Below are positions 38,168 through 51,584 of a DNA stretch of 64,000 nt, one piece after another. Origin of the DNA: Chrysomallon squamiferum (taxonomy: Eukaryota; Animalia; Mollusca). Under the pieces are notes generated by a model that saw nothing but the letters and a program-made list of their open reading frames with translations, was not told where the DNA came from and did not search any database. The stretch covers positions 7,502,001 through 7,566,000 of the forward strand of contig CM022679.1 of assembly GCA_012295275.1 (NCBI GenBank), in the 5' to 3' direction. Numbering within the stretch: position 1 is the stretch's first letter; each line of letters opens with the position of its first letter. A program made the position numbers and the translations under genes.

Positions 38168-39406
38168 TACACACTCTCACTTTGTTCTGAACTAAGATTT
38201 TACGTCAATAATACTAATAATAATAGCGTGGGAGGTGGCTATGCTTCGTTTCACTTCAGGGGTATTTTGTGTGTTTTTTCCTATAATTTGTTTTATTTTA
38301 AAACACCTTACATCTTTTTTCCTTCATGTCTTCGCCTTCTTCACCCCAAAAGTGTCTCCTATAACGTCTTCAGATTCTTTTTTCGTCTCGATAATTTTCA
38401 CTTTTTCCGGCTCTCAATGAGTTCTTTTGCGTTTCACACCGAGACAATCCCCGAAAATAGCCACAAAATTATAAATGTATCAATCGTCTATGACTTTAAT
38501 AATTGATAGCAGTGTCATACAGACTAATATACTGTCAATGCTTATTCAGCTTTTTCGGAAATCGGCGTAATATTTTCATTAAGAACATAAACCCTTAAGA
38601 AAAAAAAATATATATCGAGCAATAATTCTAGCAGCTGATTTTATTTGAGATGATAATCGATAAAAGGTAATAAGAAAATATCTTGTACAGAATCTTGACC
38701 TTATTTTTTTTTTTTTTTTTTTTTCTTTTCTTTCTTTTTTTTTTTTTCCTTATTAAACGGAGAGTTAGATTCAGTCTCAAATGTATTGTTACTGTTTCTT
38801 ATACGTGATAAATAATTTTTCCAAAGGATTTCCTGCATGTTGTATGTGCAGAAGCGAAGAGATCTATGATGAATGATTCAGTGGGTTTTTTTTGTTTTTT
38901 TACGAATATCCTCAAAGACATAAGACTTAAGAAAGATTAATAACAAACAGCAGAGGAAGACAATCAGTGGTATTCGATCTCGAGATTTCCGGCTCACTCA
39001 TTAATATCAAAGTCTCTGTCACGTTAGAAATATTTGTAGAAAAACAAAAACAAAACAACCTTCTTTATTCTGTAAGACTGCATTGCAATGTTTACAGACC
39101 CTGAGAAAGATGAATGTATAATCTAACAAACACAGAGATTTGAATTTACACAACAAAAATGAGACCGATGACTCTATAAACTAACACAAATGTATAGAAT
39201 TGAAGAAAAGATGTACGCGTACCTGTGAGAGCACGTGATATGTCACCAGGCGCTAAAGAAAAATTGTGTAATAGCGGATGCAAAAAGTAAGAACAAACCT
39301 TAAAGAATTATAATCATTTTCACCCGACCCTCAAAATCGGCCCAGAACCATTTATTTATTTATTGTATATACATCTTTTTTTTTTTAAGTAGTTTTTTTA
39401 TTACTT

Positions 39407-39437
<31 letters not shown>

Positions 39438-42400
39438 CATTACATTTTATCCAAATAAAGCGCATTTCGTTCACTTATTAACTGACCAAAGACTGGTTTC
39501 TCTGCCGTGATAACTGGAAAGAGATACGCATCAACCAAATATTTTATACAGCAGGTGCAGTTAGTAAAATGTTTGATAACCTCTGATATAGACGAATGTT
39601 TTAAGAAATACAAAGACCAGCAACTCCGTGACCTGCAACTCATTATAATTAACAGTTCAATATCTGCAGGAGAAAAGTTCAATAATTTTAATGTCTTTAC
39701 ATCTCAGTGCAGTGGTTGAATTCTTCGACTCTGATGCCGTGATGGAAAGTATCGAAAGAACATTCTGTTTGAAAAGTCTCATTTAACTGAAATCTGTATC
39801 CATTTAAATCACCGTGTTAAAGATTCCAATAATCTATATCAGTTTGGAAACGCGTTGGATATAATTTACTCTGGGAAGAAATTAGTGAATTTGATGAATC
39901 GTCGGAAGTGAATGGTTGTGTGTTTACTTAAACAGCTAAAACAGGATACGGTGTTTTTTTGTAAAGGACATTAAAACAAAAAAGTACGTCTTATACACTA
40001 CACAATCATGAAGTAATTATTCACTGCCTACAGTATGTTCAGTTATTTCTGGTATTTAGAACGTACAGTTAGAATGAAGTCAAGCTGGAAGAAAATAGAA
40101 GTTCTGGCCAAATTTGATATTCTCGGCGATAAATAAAGTATGTGGTTAAAAAAAAAGAACAAAAGGAAAACGTCAATGAACTCTGGTGGACTTTTAAAGG
40201 TTTTGTGTACTTTCACTTTGTTAGATGCAACTAGCGACTTTCAGAGTAAGCGGGAGTCAAAATTGTTTCTTATAGATTTTCGTTATTTGTGTTGTTGTTT
40301 TTTTTTGTTTTTTTTAGTTTTTTTAAGGGTATTCTCCCAAAATTACCCTAGAAATCAATCTGAAAATTCTTTGGCTTCATTTCAATTTGAGTTAAGTGAA
40401 AATTATCCTCGGACAATTCCTCATAGCAGGTGCAATGTAATAAAGATTAGAGGAATAACAGTATATTAGAGGAATAACATAAATTTATTACTATATATTT
40501 CAAAATGACACATACAAGATTAAATAAACTGCCAGTTTAATAATGTTTTTGTCTTACACGTCATGAGTCAGGCTAATTTTCTTATCTTAATTTCTGTACA
40601 CGAAGATAAAAAAACAGAATCATTTATCATTCTAGATTTAACTACATTTCAAGCATATTTTACTTAATATGATAAACTCTCTACATAAAATACGAATGGA
40701 CACAGTTTTGCCAGATGTCAAACTGATTTTTCGTTTATTGTTGTTTGACAACACTGCAAACTTTGACATCACCGACACGTTTCTCTAGATTAACGTGGCA
40801 CTCTTCAACAACGATGAATTTAAAACTCTAAGCTGGCATTTTTCTAGGATAATGACCCTGTATGGGATGCTTCCAGAATTAGCTAACGATCGAAGTAACA
40901 CATTATTGTGAATTTACATCCGAATCAGTTAGGTTGTTCAACACGAGTTAATTTATTGATGTTGGGTTTTTTTTTGTGTTTTTTTTTTTATTTTTGTGTC
41001 AAACTACGATAGAGAATTGCGTGTTCATCGTCTGTATTTTTAAAGTACCAAAAAAAAAAAAAAAAAAAACCTAATGATTCTGAACAATCTGCTGTCAACG
41101 TAATAAAGTAACAGACGAGTGTTTAGTCATGACACAAATGGTAATAGTACACTGGACTAGTTCAAAAGTTTTATGTTGCTAGGTAAGTAGGTCACATCCT
41201 GTTTCTGGCTTCCACCCAGAGATGTCTTAGCAGACGTATCTTTCCTATACAGACTCTTTCCAAATTATCTTCTGCCACGTTAACTAAACACTGTGTTAGA
41301 CAAGCAAAAACAGACATTCAATAAGTAGTCACTGTATCAAATGAAAAAAAAAAAAATTAACATTAAGAAAAAAGCTTCTAAAATATTAGCAGATTACTTC
41401 TGATTGGTTTTCATAAAACACATATGTAAATAATCTGCCACAGAAAACAGAAATGTCTAGTCCTTCAGCTTTGTAATGACGTATACTTTTTTTTTAAATG
41501 TATTATTTTACTTATATTTTTCAATAGATTTGTTGTTACAATTTGAGATAGAATTACTTTTTTTTTTACCAGAATTAACAGTTCAGTTTGCAGTTATTTT
41601 ATATTTTAGCATTTACAGTTTGTTACAGATTTTGTCTCTTTAATAGTACTAATATATACAAAGTGAGTGTGTGTTTTTTTTTTTTTGTTGTTGTTGTTGT
41701 TGTTTACAAAACAGTTTGCAGAGTGCCCAGGGCTTTAACATTCACATTTTGCAGCAGATTTAGTATTTATTAACAGTAACAATCTCAAGTTAATTTAGAG
41801 TTTCTAACACGAACTGCTTGCAGTAAATCATTATTGTTTCATTCTTTCAGTTTAAAGAAGAATGCAGATTTAAAAAATATTTACTTTTTATTTTTAGCAG
41901 AACAACTTTATTATAGAATAACTTTCTTTTACAGTTAAAATTTCCTTCAAAACGCGTTTTTGCAAACAGCTATACGCCCTGAATTACCCTTTTTCAGATG
42001 CGTTTCCGAATTAGGTGCAAGCATCAAAGAATGAAACTGATGACATATATTTAGTTGCGTCTACTCCTGTCGTCTCCAGATGTAATTAATGGATAATGAA
42101 CGTACGTTATACTTCCATAAATGACTGGAAATTAACTTTTCCTTTTAGGAATCAACGTCTTCAGTAATTGCGTCATCCGTGTTAGAGGTAATTCCAGATA
42201 GAATTTACGATATTCATCTTCTGCCGTCTCCAGACTATTACAAAACGTTATTATTCAACATTCCTGTTAGCGTTAAGGATACATAATGTCAAAATAACCA
42301 GTGATATATATATTTTTTAAAACGAATGTTATTATTATTAAAGAAATATACAGTTAATAATAGAGTTATGTAAATGTATGTCTTATTACCCAAACGGATT

Positions 42401-42494
42401 TAGATAAGAAAGTTAAAATAAGATTAAATATTACAACATATGCTACAAATAATTGATATAAAAGTTTATTATGTCAGTTATCATTAACTGTAAA

Positions 42495-42752
42495 GCGATT
42501 ATAACTGGTTTGGTCTTAATTAAAAGGGTGTTGAGATTTAAAGATCATCAGGTATAAAAAAAAATAAATAAATAAATAAAATAAAATAATAACAAAAATT
42601 CTATTAAGTCTGTTAAAGAAAAAAAAAAGAAAATTAAAAACGTATAATTTGATTTATGCATTTATTTATTTATTTAATTATTAATACATTCATGCATTGT
42701 CATCATCGTCATCATCATCATCATCACCGTCTTCTTCTTCTTCTTCTTCTTC

Positions 42753-42802
<50 letters not shown>

Positions 42803-43844
42803 GTAGGTGTTTCAAATGAACGTTTAATGTGTTTAGTATAAAAAAGATGAGGTAATTTTGTACATTTGCATCAACTCGCAGTGATTTTGGAAGATGTAAT
42901 GAAATTCGTTTAGTTTGGGTAATAGAATTAATATAACTACGGGCTGTAGCAGTAATCGAATCAGCACTTATATTGGTACTGTAGCAGCAGTAATAGTTGT
43001 GGTAGTAGTATCAGCAGCAGTTGTAGTAGTAGTAGTAGTAGTAATAGAAGCTGTTGTTGTAGTGGTGGTTACTGTGTGGGAGTAGAGGAGGAGGAAAAAT
43101 AAAAAGTAGAACAAATATTTCATGGCAAATTATCATTTTTCTTAATTTCAGGCATCTGTCTAATGTTGTTGTTCTTTTTAAAAAAAATTAAATAAAAATA
43201 AAATAAAATGAAGCTAATTACTTCTCACTTTCTCACGAGTATTATGAAAAATATCACTCCGTTTTATTTATTTTATTATTTTTTTTTTTTTTTTTTTTTT
43301 ATAATAAAAATTAACATAATTAATTTTATTATTATATTGTTTCAGTATTTATTTTTTTTTATTTTTTATTTATTCATTTATGTATGCACATTGTGTATAG
43401 CGTTCTTATTCAGATACATATCTTATACACACATATACATATATATACATACACACAGATATCAGTTTTTCTGTCTGTAAACACAGTTATTAGTAAAAAG
43501 GTTACTATAGATAAAGTAAAACGGTGTGGAATTTTCTCGATAAGAACGTACAGTTCGCTATAATTCCAGTTTATTGTCTTACTCTGCGATTATAACTGGT
43601 TTGGTCTTAATTAAAAGGGTGTTGAGATTTAAAGATCATCAGGTATAAAAAAATAAATAAATAAATAAAATAAAATAATAACAAAAATTCTATTAAGTCT
43701 GTTAAAGAAAAAAAAAAGAAAATTAAAAACGTATAATTTGATTTATGCATTTATTTATTTATTTAATTATTAATACATTCATGCATTGTCATCATCGTCA
43801 TCATCATCATCATCACCGTCTTCTTCTTCTTCTTCTTCTTCTTC

Positions 43845-43883
<39 letters not shown>

Positions 43884-44658
43884 TTAACGTAGGTGTTTCA
43901 AATGAACGTTTAATGTGTTTAGTATAAAAAAGATGAGGTAATTTTGTACATTTGCATCAACTCGCAGTGATTTTGGAAGATGTAATGAAATTCGTTTAGT
44001 TTGGGTAATAGAATTAATATAACTACGGGCTGTAGCAGTAATCGAATCAGCACTTATATTGGTACTGTAGCAGCAGTAATAGTTGTGGTAGTAGTATCAG
44101 CAGCAGTTGTAGTAGTAGTAGTAGTAGTAATAGAAGCTGTTGTTGTAGTGGTGGTTACTGTGTGGGAGTAGAAGAGGAGGAAAAAGAAAAAATAGAACAA
44201 ATATTTCGAAGCAAATTATCACTTTTCTTAATTTCAGGCATCTGTCTAATGTTGTTGTTCTTTTTAAAAAAAATTAAATAAAAATAAAATAAAATGAAGC
44301 TAATTACTTCTCACTTTCTCACGAGTATTAGGAAAAATATCACTCCGTTTTATTTATTTAATAATTTTTTATTTTTTTTTTTTTTTATAATAAAAATTAA
44401 CATAATTAATTTGATTATTATATTGTTTCAGTATTTAATTTTTTTTTAATTTTATTTATTCATTTATGTATGCACATTGTGTATAGCGTTCTTATTCAGA
44501 CACATATCTTATACACACATACACAGATATGAGTTTTTCTGTCTGTAAACACAGTTATTAGTAAAAAGGTTACTATAGATAAAGTAAAACGGTGTGGAAT
44601 TTTCTCGATAAGAACGTACAGTTCGCTATAATTCCAGTTTATTGTCTTACTCTGCGAT
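42495..44658 (+). repeat. ~1.09-kb tandem segmental duplication (2 copies)
   Basis: Copy 1 is 42495-43585 and copy 2 is 43586-44653. Both start GCGATTATAACTGGTTTGG and end ...TTGTCTTACTCT, and GCGAT is present at all three boundaries. Confidence 0.97.
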
Positions 44659-46121
44659 CTGACAGTGGAAAGCTCGCCGTTTACGTTCTGCCTATTCCGC
44701 TTGGCGAGATTCTGACAGAAAGCAACATTAGCGTGGATTTTACAAACATAAAACTGATATTGAACTCAAAACGTTTGAACGCCATTTCGATTTTGACGAA
44801 CACAGAGCGTTAAGGTTGTCTAAATACATCGATATCAGTGTCTCTGGATTTCATGCCTTAGTACGCAATTACTCAAACAAAGAAAGAAAAAATCACGAAT
44901 CTTGTTTATAATCTTTTGATCTGGATGTAGGACAGAGCGACTTCATTCTCGACATAAGGTTCAAGTAAACTATCGTGACCAGGCTGACTGAGACTGAAGG
45001 TCAAGGCCACTCTGCGATGGCGTACAGCTTACATTACTTTTTTTCCGAATGGAAGATTTTGAGTTCAAATATCGGTGATGGTGTCTACTCTTAAAAGGTC
45101 GTAGCTTCTGATATTTGAATATCTATTTAACATAAAAATCCCGCTCGAATTAAAAATTGCTGTTCTCTGCGATATTTAAATGACATTCTTTATGGACACA
45201 TCAACATTATTTATTACTGTGTTGTTAATATTTTTCTCCTATTGATCTACTTCGACTAGATTATAAAAAATACTATGCGTAATTAAACTTCGAGGCTAAA
45301 TAACAAAAAGACAATTAGCCAGGAGTCAGAGACGAAGAGACAATAGAAAGCTGTGAGAAAAAAGAGAAGGCAGAAGAAAAAGCAGAAAAGAGTTGAGAAA
45401 GAGAAAAATGAAAAGAGAAAAGAGTGAAGAAAAAAGAGAAAAGAGAAGGAACAGAAAAGAGAGAAAAAAGAAGAAAGAGAAGAGAGAGCGAAATAAAGAT
45501 TAGAAGAGAAAAGAAAAAAGAAGAGAAAGAAAAGATATGAAAAGAGAAAAAAAAGAAGAAAAAGTTGAATGAAAGAAGTCATTTTGACATTATCAATAAC
45601 AGTATTACCGTAAGTAGAAACAAGAGTAAAGAGTTCAGTACAGATCCCCAGGCATAAAGAATTAGCCAAGGCCATTATATCAGAGGTTTTCAGTACATTT
45701 CTTCTTATGGTAAAAAATTACAGAAATTCAGGGAAGAAAAATGACACAATGATGTCATCGAAATCTTCTTATCGCCCACGTCCAGGCGTTGGTAAGTATC
45801 ACCGAGATCCGTGTCATCTCTGATTGTCTGCCTTGCAAAACTATGATTGAAGACGTGTCTAATGAAGAAGCTACGAGGTAGAAAAGCATTCAGCTATTTA
45901 ACTTTTTACTTACCATTCGCAGTCAGTGACATCGTTAAAGATGTGAGTTGTTAGAGAAATGGACGCGATGCAGACTTGTGTGAAGTAGAAGTCAGACTGA
46001 CCAAATGAAATTATCATTTGGACTAAATCGAAATATTGTTGAGAAGAAACTCAGGGAAACATAGGAGGTGTAAAGAGTTTAAATAACAACAACTGCTACT
46101 GCTGCTACTACTGATACTACT

Positions 46122-46176
<55 letters not shown>

Positions 46177-49100
46177 CGAAGAAAAATAATGGCGGCAATG
46201 GTGATCAAGCATGAAAAAGAAGAAGAAGAAATCATCGACAATAATTATTTGATTAAGTAGATGAAGATGACCATGATGATGTTGACGCTGGTTTTGATGA
46301 TGATGTTAAAAAGAAATTTATGTTGAACATATCCCATTATTCAAAAATTTTTTTTTTTTTTTTTCATTTTTAATAAGATAGTCCTATTTTTATACACTAA
46401 TGATTTCTTTAAAGAAAGTAATTTTCTTCATAATGTAACATTTAAATTTAATAACACCGCCCTTCTTGACTCTTTCCTTGGCCAAGTCGTGATGACGCTA
46501 ATAAAAGACTATTAATATACCAAGCGATAAATAAATAATCGAATCTTTTATCAGATGTGTCATGTCGGAAAAAATGGTAACTGATTAAAAAAGAAGTAAT
46601 TAACTGACATAAGAAATTAACATTATTTTTCTTCTCCTCCATTTAATGAGCAGAATACATCTGATTGATTTGAAAATGAAATGTCCTAGTTAACAGACAC
46701 ACACATACTAATAGTTGTAATAAGGTTAAGAAGTTTCGGTCATTTATTCTCAATCTTTCTTTGGCCACGGCTCTTTTTAAAACTATTTTCTGATTCCTGA
46801 GCACCTGTCACAATAGGATATATAGAAAATCCCGTTTTTCAAACTTTTCAATCTGTGGGACCTCAAATGTTCCAGGCCCCAAACCAGGAGCCACATGCCC
46901 CCTTTTAGAATGACTAGACCAGATAAGCTGGAAACTAAACTTTGTTTTTATTTTGTTTTTTATAATGATTATCTTTATGCTGTTGATGATGATGACGATT
47001 AATAAAGATTATGAGTTCCTGTTTATGAAAAGGTATATATAAAAGAACCATTGCGATAAAGGACAACAAAGTAGAAGATTCCTAACTAATTACCTTTAAG
47101 AACCTTAACCTTAGATTAAAAATAAGTCGACTGTATTGTTAAATAAATCATAGCTACCCACTTGTGGAAGTCCATTTTATAAAAGTGCAGCGCAAACTGT
47201 ACTCTGTGTACCAATTTAGTAACTGACAATTACTGTGATGTTTCTTTTACACACAATTTCATATTACTGTCAGCTGTCAAAACACTGACTGGTACCCTAA
47301 TTTGTGTACTTTTGCCATTACGAATAATCATCACTAATTCTGTGTAACACACATTTCACTGTGGCTGAATGAAGGGAAATTTGGGGGCTGAGTATTTATT
47401 CCATTACGTCTCTTTAAACAGACGTTTTTTTCATCTAATAACTCAACGTCTGACCCGGGATTTTATTTGACACTTGAACGAAACTAAGCGGGATCTTCGG
47501 AGCCAAATCTGCCAGCTTCTATTTCTCTGGTACACCGGAGAGGTCCACTGAAGCATTTTCTTTTTCGCATTTTCGACCATTCAGTTTTGCCATGACGTAA
47601 ACAGGTTCCTAGTAACACCCGCACGGCAACCGGTTCCTAACAAATTTTTCAATTCGCTGGGGATTAATAAGCACGGTTCGTGTAAGATGAACATATGTCA
47701 TGAATAAAAACACTTCTGGCGCTATGCTAGTAAACAATTAAAAGTAATCATTATAAGGCGATATTCCAGCATTCATCAGTGAGAGTCTGAATCCACTTAC
47801 GTTACGTTTCTGGTTTTGTGTGTGCTGCGGTTATCATTTCGTTAAGTGCATATTTGAATTGGTTAAGACAAACTGTACAGTAAGAACGCACGTATAAAAA
47901 GTTTAGAAGTTATGTTATTTTTATTGGTATAGTTATTCGATTTCATCAACACAGTTGTCTCTAATTCTCCTTCTATCAAACGTTTTAATATTATTTTTAT
48001 GCTTCCTGAATAGACGACTTATTTGCACACATATGCGTACATCGAGTCTTCAAAGATATGATATTAGAAAACATACAATAATTAATAATTTATTTCGTAT
48101 GTCTGTCTGTATCATGCCTGGTTGGTTACATAACTTGAGTTTTATTTTTCTATACAGATAAAAATGACGGGATGATCTAATTATAATACTTTCTTAAACT
48201 TTTGTTTTCAAATTAGTTCTTTCTTTAGTTTTCAAACTGCAAAATCTACTTAATGGATTCATATTTAAAAAAAAAAAAAAAAAAAAAAAAAACATCAAGA
48301 GAACATTTTATATCCAGCTGTCTCTTCGTAGACAGGGTTTCTTTATCAAAGATTAGCTTTATATGATTTGAGATGACTTTCCAAATTAATGTTTACAAAT
48401 TAGAGATGAAGTTCAAAGGAATATAATTGTATATTTAACGATCAGACATATTATCTCAGACAAGCTAGTAATCGGAGTCAATATTTTGTTATTGTTTTGG
48501 AATCTCTGAGAGAAGCTGATGTAACGACCACACACTTTTCCAGCTATCATTAGGTAAGACAGTGGATCCAGCACCATGTGTTCAAGTCTTTATACTGGAA
48601 GTTTCATCTCTGACCTGATACAAAATATTCTGACTTCATTCAGTGACAGGTGAATGCAGTGAGAAACACGTACGTGTAGAAATTACATTAGATTCATCAA
48701 CAAGAGACAAGTACAGATGAAATCATCGCTTAAACTGTGTCTAATAGCAGTCTCTTAATATCTGACAAACACGTCATTCAGTGATGCATCACGTGATAAA
48801 ACTACACAGTCGAGTTTTAATACGGGAAACCGCGTGATGGTATGTTTACAACGTATGAAGCAAAAAAACCATTATGTACAAAAACAGTATAAAATGATTA
48901 TTTTGTTTATCGATTATTTTTTTTTATTATTTTTTTTTTTTTACTTATTAAAATTTCTTGTACTCATCTCAAAAAACCCAGTGATTTGCGAATTATAAAT
49001 GATTCTTCAGCATGTTTTCAAACATGGCTTGACGCTACGTTCCACAACCTTTATTGTTTCTAAGGTCTGATAATTGCGTTTGGAATTGATCGCGGCAGAT

Positions 49101-49358
49101 AACAGACTCGTGCAAGTCACACACCGCTTCAAGTTCTAACACGCCACAGATCCCAGGTTTTCAGTGTGGCGTACCTGAAACCTCGTTTTACCAGTCTGGA
49201 AATATCCCATTGTTTTCCTTCAAAAATATCAGCTTGATATTTGTAAATGTCATATTCAAAGTATACGCTATGGTTTTTAAAACGGTGAATTTACTTTAAA
49301 AATAAGCTGTGATAGTTTGATGTTAGTGACAAAAATTATCATTATTATTACTATTATT

Positions 49359-49389
<31 letters not shown>

Positions 49390-49400
49390 CTGTTGCTGAT

Positions 49401-49434
<34 letters not shown>

Positions 49435-49874
49435 CTTTGTATATTGTAATTGGATTTATGCTTTTTTAATTTAATGTAGTTTTTCTTGTTGTTTTTGTTT
49501 AAGTTTAGTTTGTTTTGTTATGTTTTCTTATGATGAAATAGAGAACTTCTTCTGTTATTTGTTTATTATTATTATTATTATTTATTTATTTATGTTTGAG
49601 GGTTTTATATTTTGCTTTGTTCTGATGTTGTTGTGGGTGTTTTTTTATGGATTTATTGTACTGACCGTCGCTGCAGCTAAACAACCCGTTCTGTTTCATT
49701 TCCATTTATATTTCCTTCTATAAACAAGATTAATAATTCTATTACCGCTGAAGATATAATTATTAAAGCTTTATCCGCCCTCTAGTACGCTCGCCAAGAC
49801 AACCTACTCTTTCAAAGACAATCGTTATTTTCTTATCACTTTTTTTTTTCATCTCCCTCTTTTACTCTTTAAGT

Positions 49875-50065
49875 ATACGATGTGGCAGTCCTCTCTGTGA
49901 TACAGTAGAACATCCCCAAAGCTCCGCGCGTAACAAGCGATCTGTGAGGCAATTGGTTCTATGACGGTGAAGTATTTCTCGCAAGCGATTCTTTCGAGCG
50001 AATCCAGTCATAATAGCGGCAGCATTAAACCCGCTAACAACTGCAGGATCCGACTCTACATTCAG
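49875..50065 (+). other. Orphan exon candidate (5'UTR or first coding exon of an unidentified gene, or lncRNA)
   Basis: A long polypyrimidine tract and AG at 49873-49874, a CAG|GTAAGT donor at 50066, and a GC/CpG-rich interior. All three frames contain stops. The ATG at 49961 opens 35 codons up to the donor (MTVKYFSQAILSSESSHNSGSIKPANNCRIRLYIQ), with no recognised homology. Confidence 0.4.
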
Positions 50066-50101
50066 GTAAGTCGTTTGCTAATAAGCTTTGTAATAATAAG
50101 A

Positions 50102-50136
<35 letters not shown>

Positions 50137-50199
50137 TGCTGATATTTTTATTCATGGATTCTTCGTGACAGTAATGTTCGTGACAGTAATGATTAAGGT

Positions 50200-50665
50200 T
50201 ATAATATTATCGATAAAATTTTCGTGGTTGATTTTGTTAAGATTATAATACTATCGATAATTTTTCGTGGCTGATTTTAATTAAGATTGTAACATCTCGA
50301 TAATTTTCGTCATCGAATTCATTAAGCTTTTATACATAGTTTTTGTGACTGATTTCGTTAAGTTTATGATAATGTCGGTAATTTTCGTGATTGATTTTAA
50401 TAAGCTTATAACACTGTCGATAATTTTCGCGACTGATTTTGTTAAGTTTGTAACACTATCGATAATTTTTGTAGTTGATTTTATTAAACTTGTAATACTA
50501 TCGATAATTTTCATTGTTGATTACGTTAATGTTACAATACTCTATATAATTTTCGTCAATGAATTTATTAAGCTTATAATACCACAGATAATTTTCGTGG
50601 TTGATTTTATTAAGCCTGTAATATTATCGATAATTTTCATGGCTTGAGTTTAAAAAGTTTATAAT
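50200..50665 (+). repeat. 42-bp degenerate minisatellite, ~11 copies
   Basis: Consensus about TATCGATAATTTTCGTGGTTGATTTTATTAAGC(T/C)TGTAATA(C/T). The period is confirmed by TATCGATA at 50457, 50499 and 50625 (steps of 42 and 126). Confidence 0.9.
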
Positions 50666-51584
50666 ACATTTGTTAAAACCTGTGATTGATTATCTCAGAT
50701 TTTTTTTATTTCGTAGCTATATAGATATAGATATAGATATAGATATTGATTTATTCCTTTTGTTTAAATTGAATAAATCATTATCGTGTTAGGTAATTTG
50801 GTTTATCGTTAGTTTTCTTTTACAGTTTATACTGGTTATCTATTGTTGATGTTGTTTTTATTTGTCGTGTTAGAGGTAGTTGTAGTAATAGTAGTAGTGG
50901 TAGTAGTTTTAGCTATTGCAGCATTTCTAGAAATAATAATTGTAGTAGTAGTCGTGGCAGTAGTGGAGGTAGTAGAAGCAGGGGTAGTAATAGAGTAGTA
51001 GTGATAGTAGTAATGTATTTATGTTTTGTATTCTTTATTATTTTCTTTTAATTTTAAATTGTTAATTTTCAAAAAAAAACAAAAAACTTTCTTCTTATAT
51101 CATTACTGGGAAAGGATCAAAAGTGGATTCTTATCATCTTGTTATTAATCACTGTCATCATCATTATCTCAGACAACATCATCAACATTGTAATCAATAC
51201 TATCTAAAATAATATCGTCGTCATCATCATCATCTCAAACAACTCATCGCTATCATCTTTGTCATCGCCATCATCATTCTCAGCGCTCTAACCTTGAAAT
51301 AATGATATTGTACTTGAATTCCTGTAAATCTTATATTTTAATACTCGTAAATATTGACATTTTCAGTGGCTATAAATCTGTATATTTATTTCATTTACTT
51401 TGCATGGATGGTTATGATCACTAAATTATATATATTTTTTTCTTTCTCAATGATCCTCTTTATTTATTTCTCTTTAAACCGTTTGCTTTCCTGCAGAGAA
51501 TTATATAAAAGACTACGGAGGATGTTTCATTCTAAGCTTTTATCACAGCGTGCATTGTATTTTATACGCAATGGCATTTAATAT

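Noticed and set aside
45614-45709. Peptide KELAKAIISEVFSTFLLM|gt resembling aquaglyceroporin TM1
   Set aside because: There is an in-frame stop at 45611 with no ATG or good acceptor, the donor is weak, and I found no downstream FG...NPA exons in the window.
50281-50647. ORFs with 14-aa periodicity on both strands
   Set aside because: They are a by-product of the 42-bp minisatellite (a multiple of 3); no start context or splice support.
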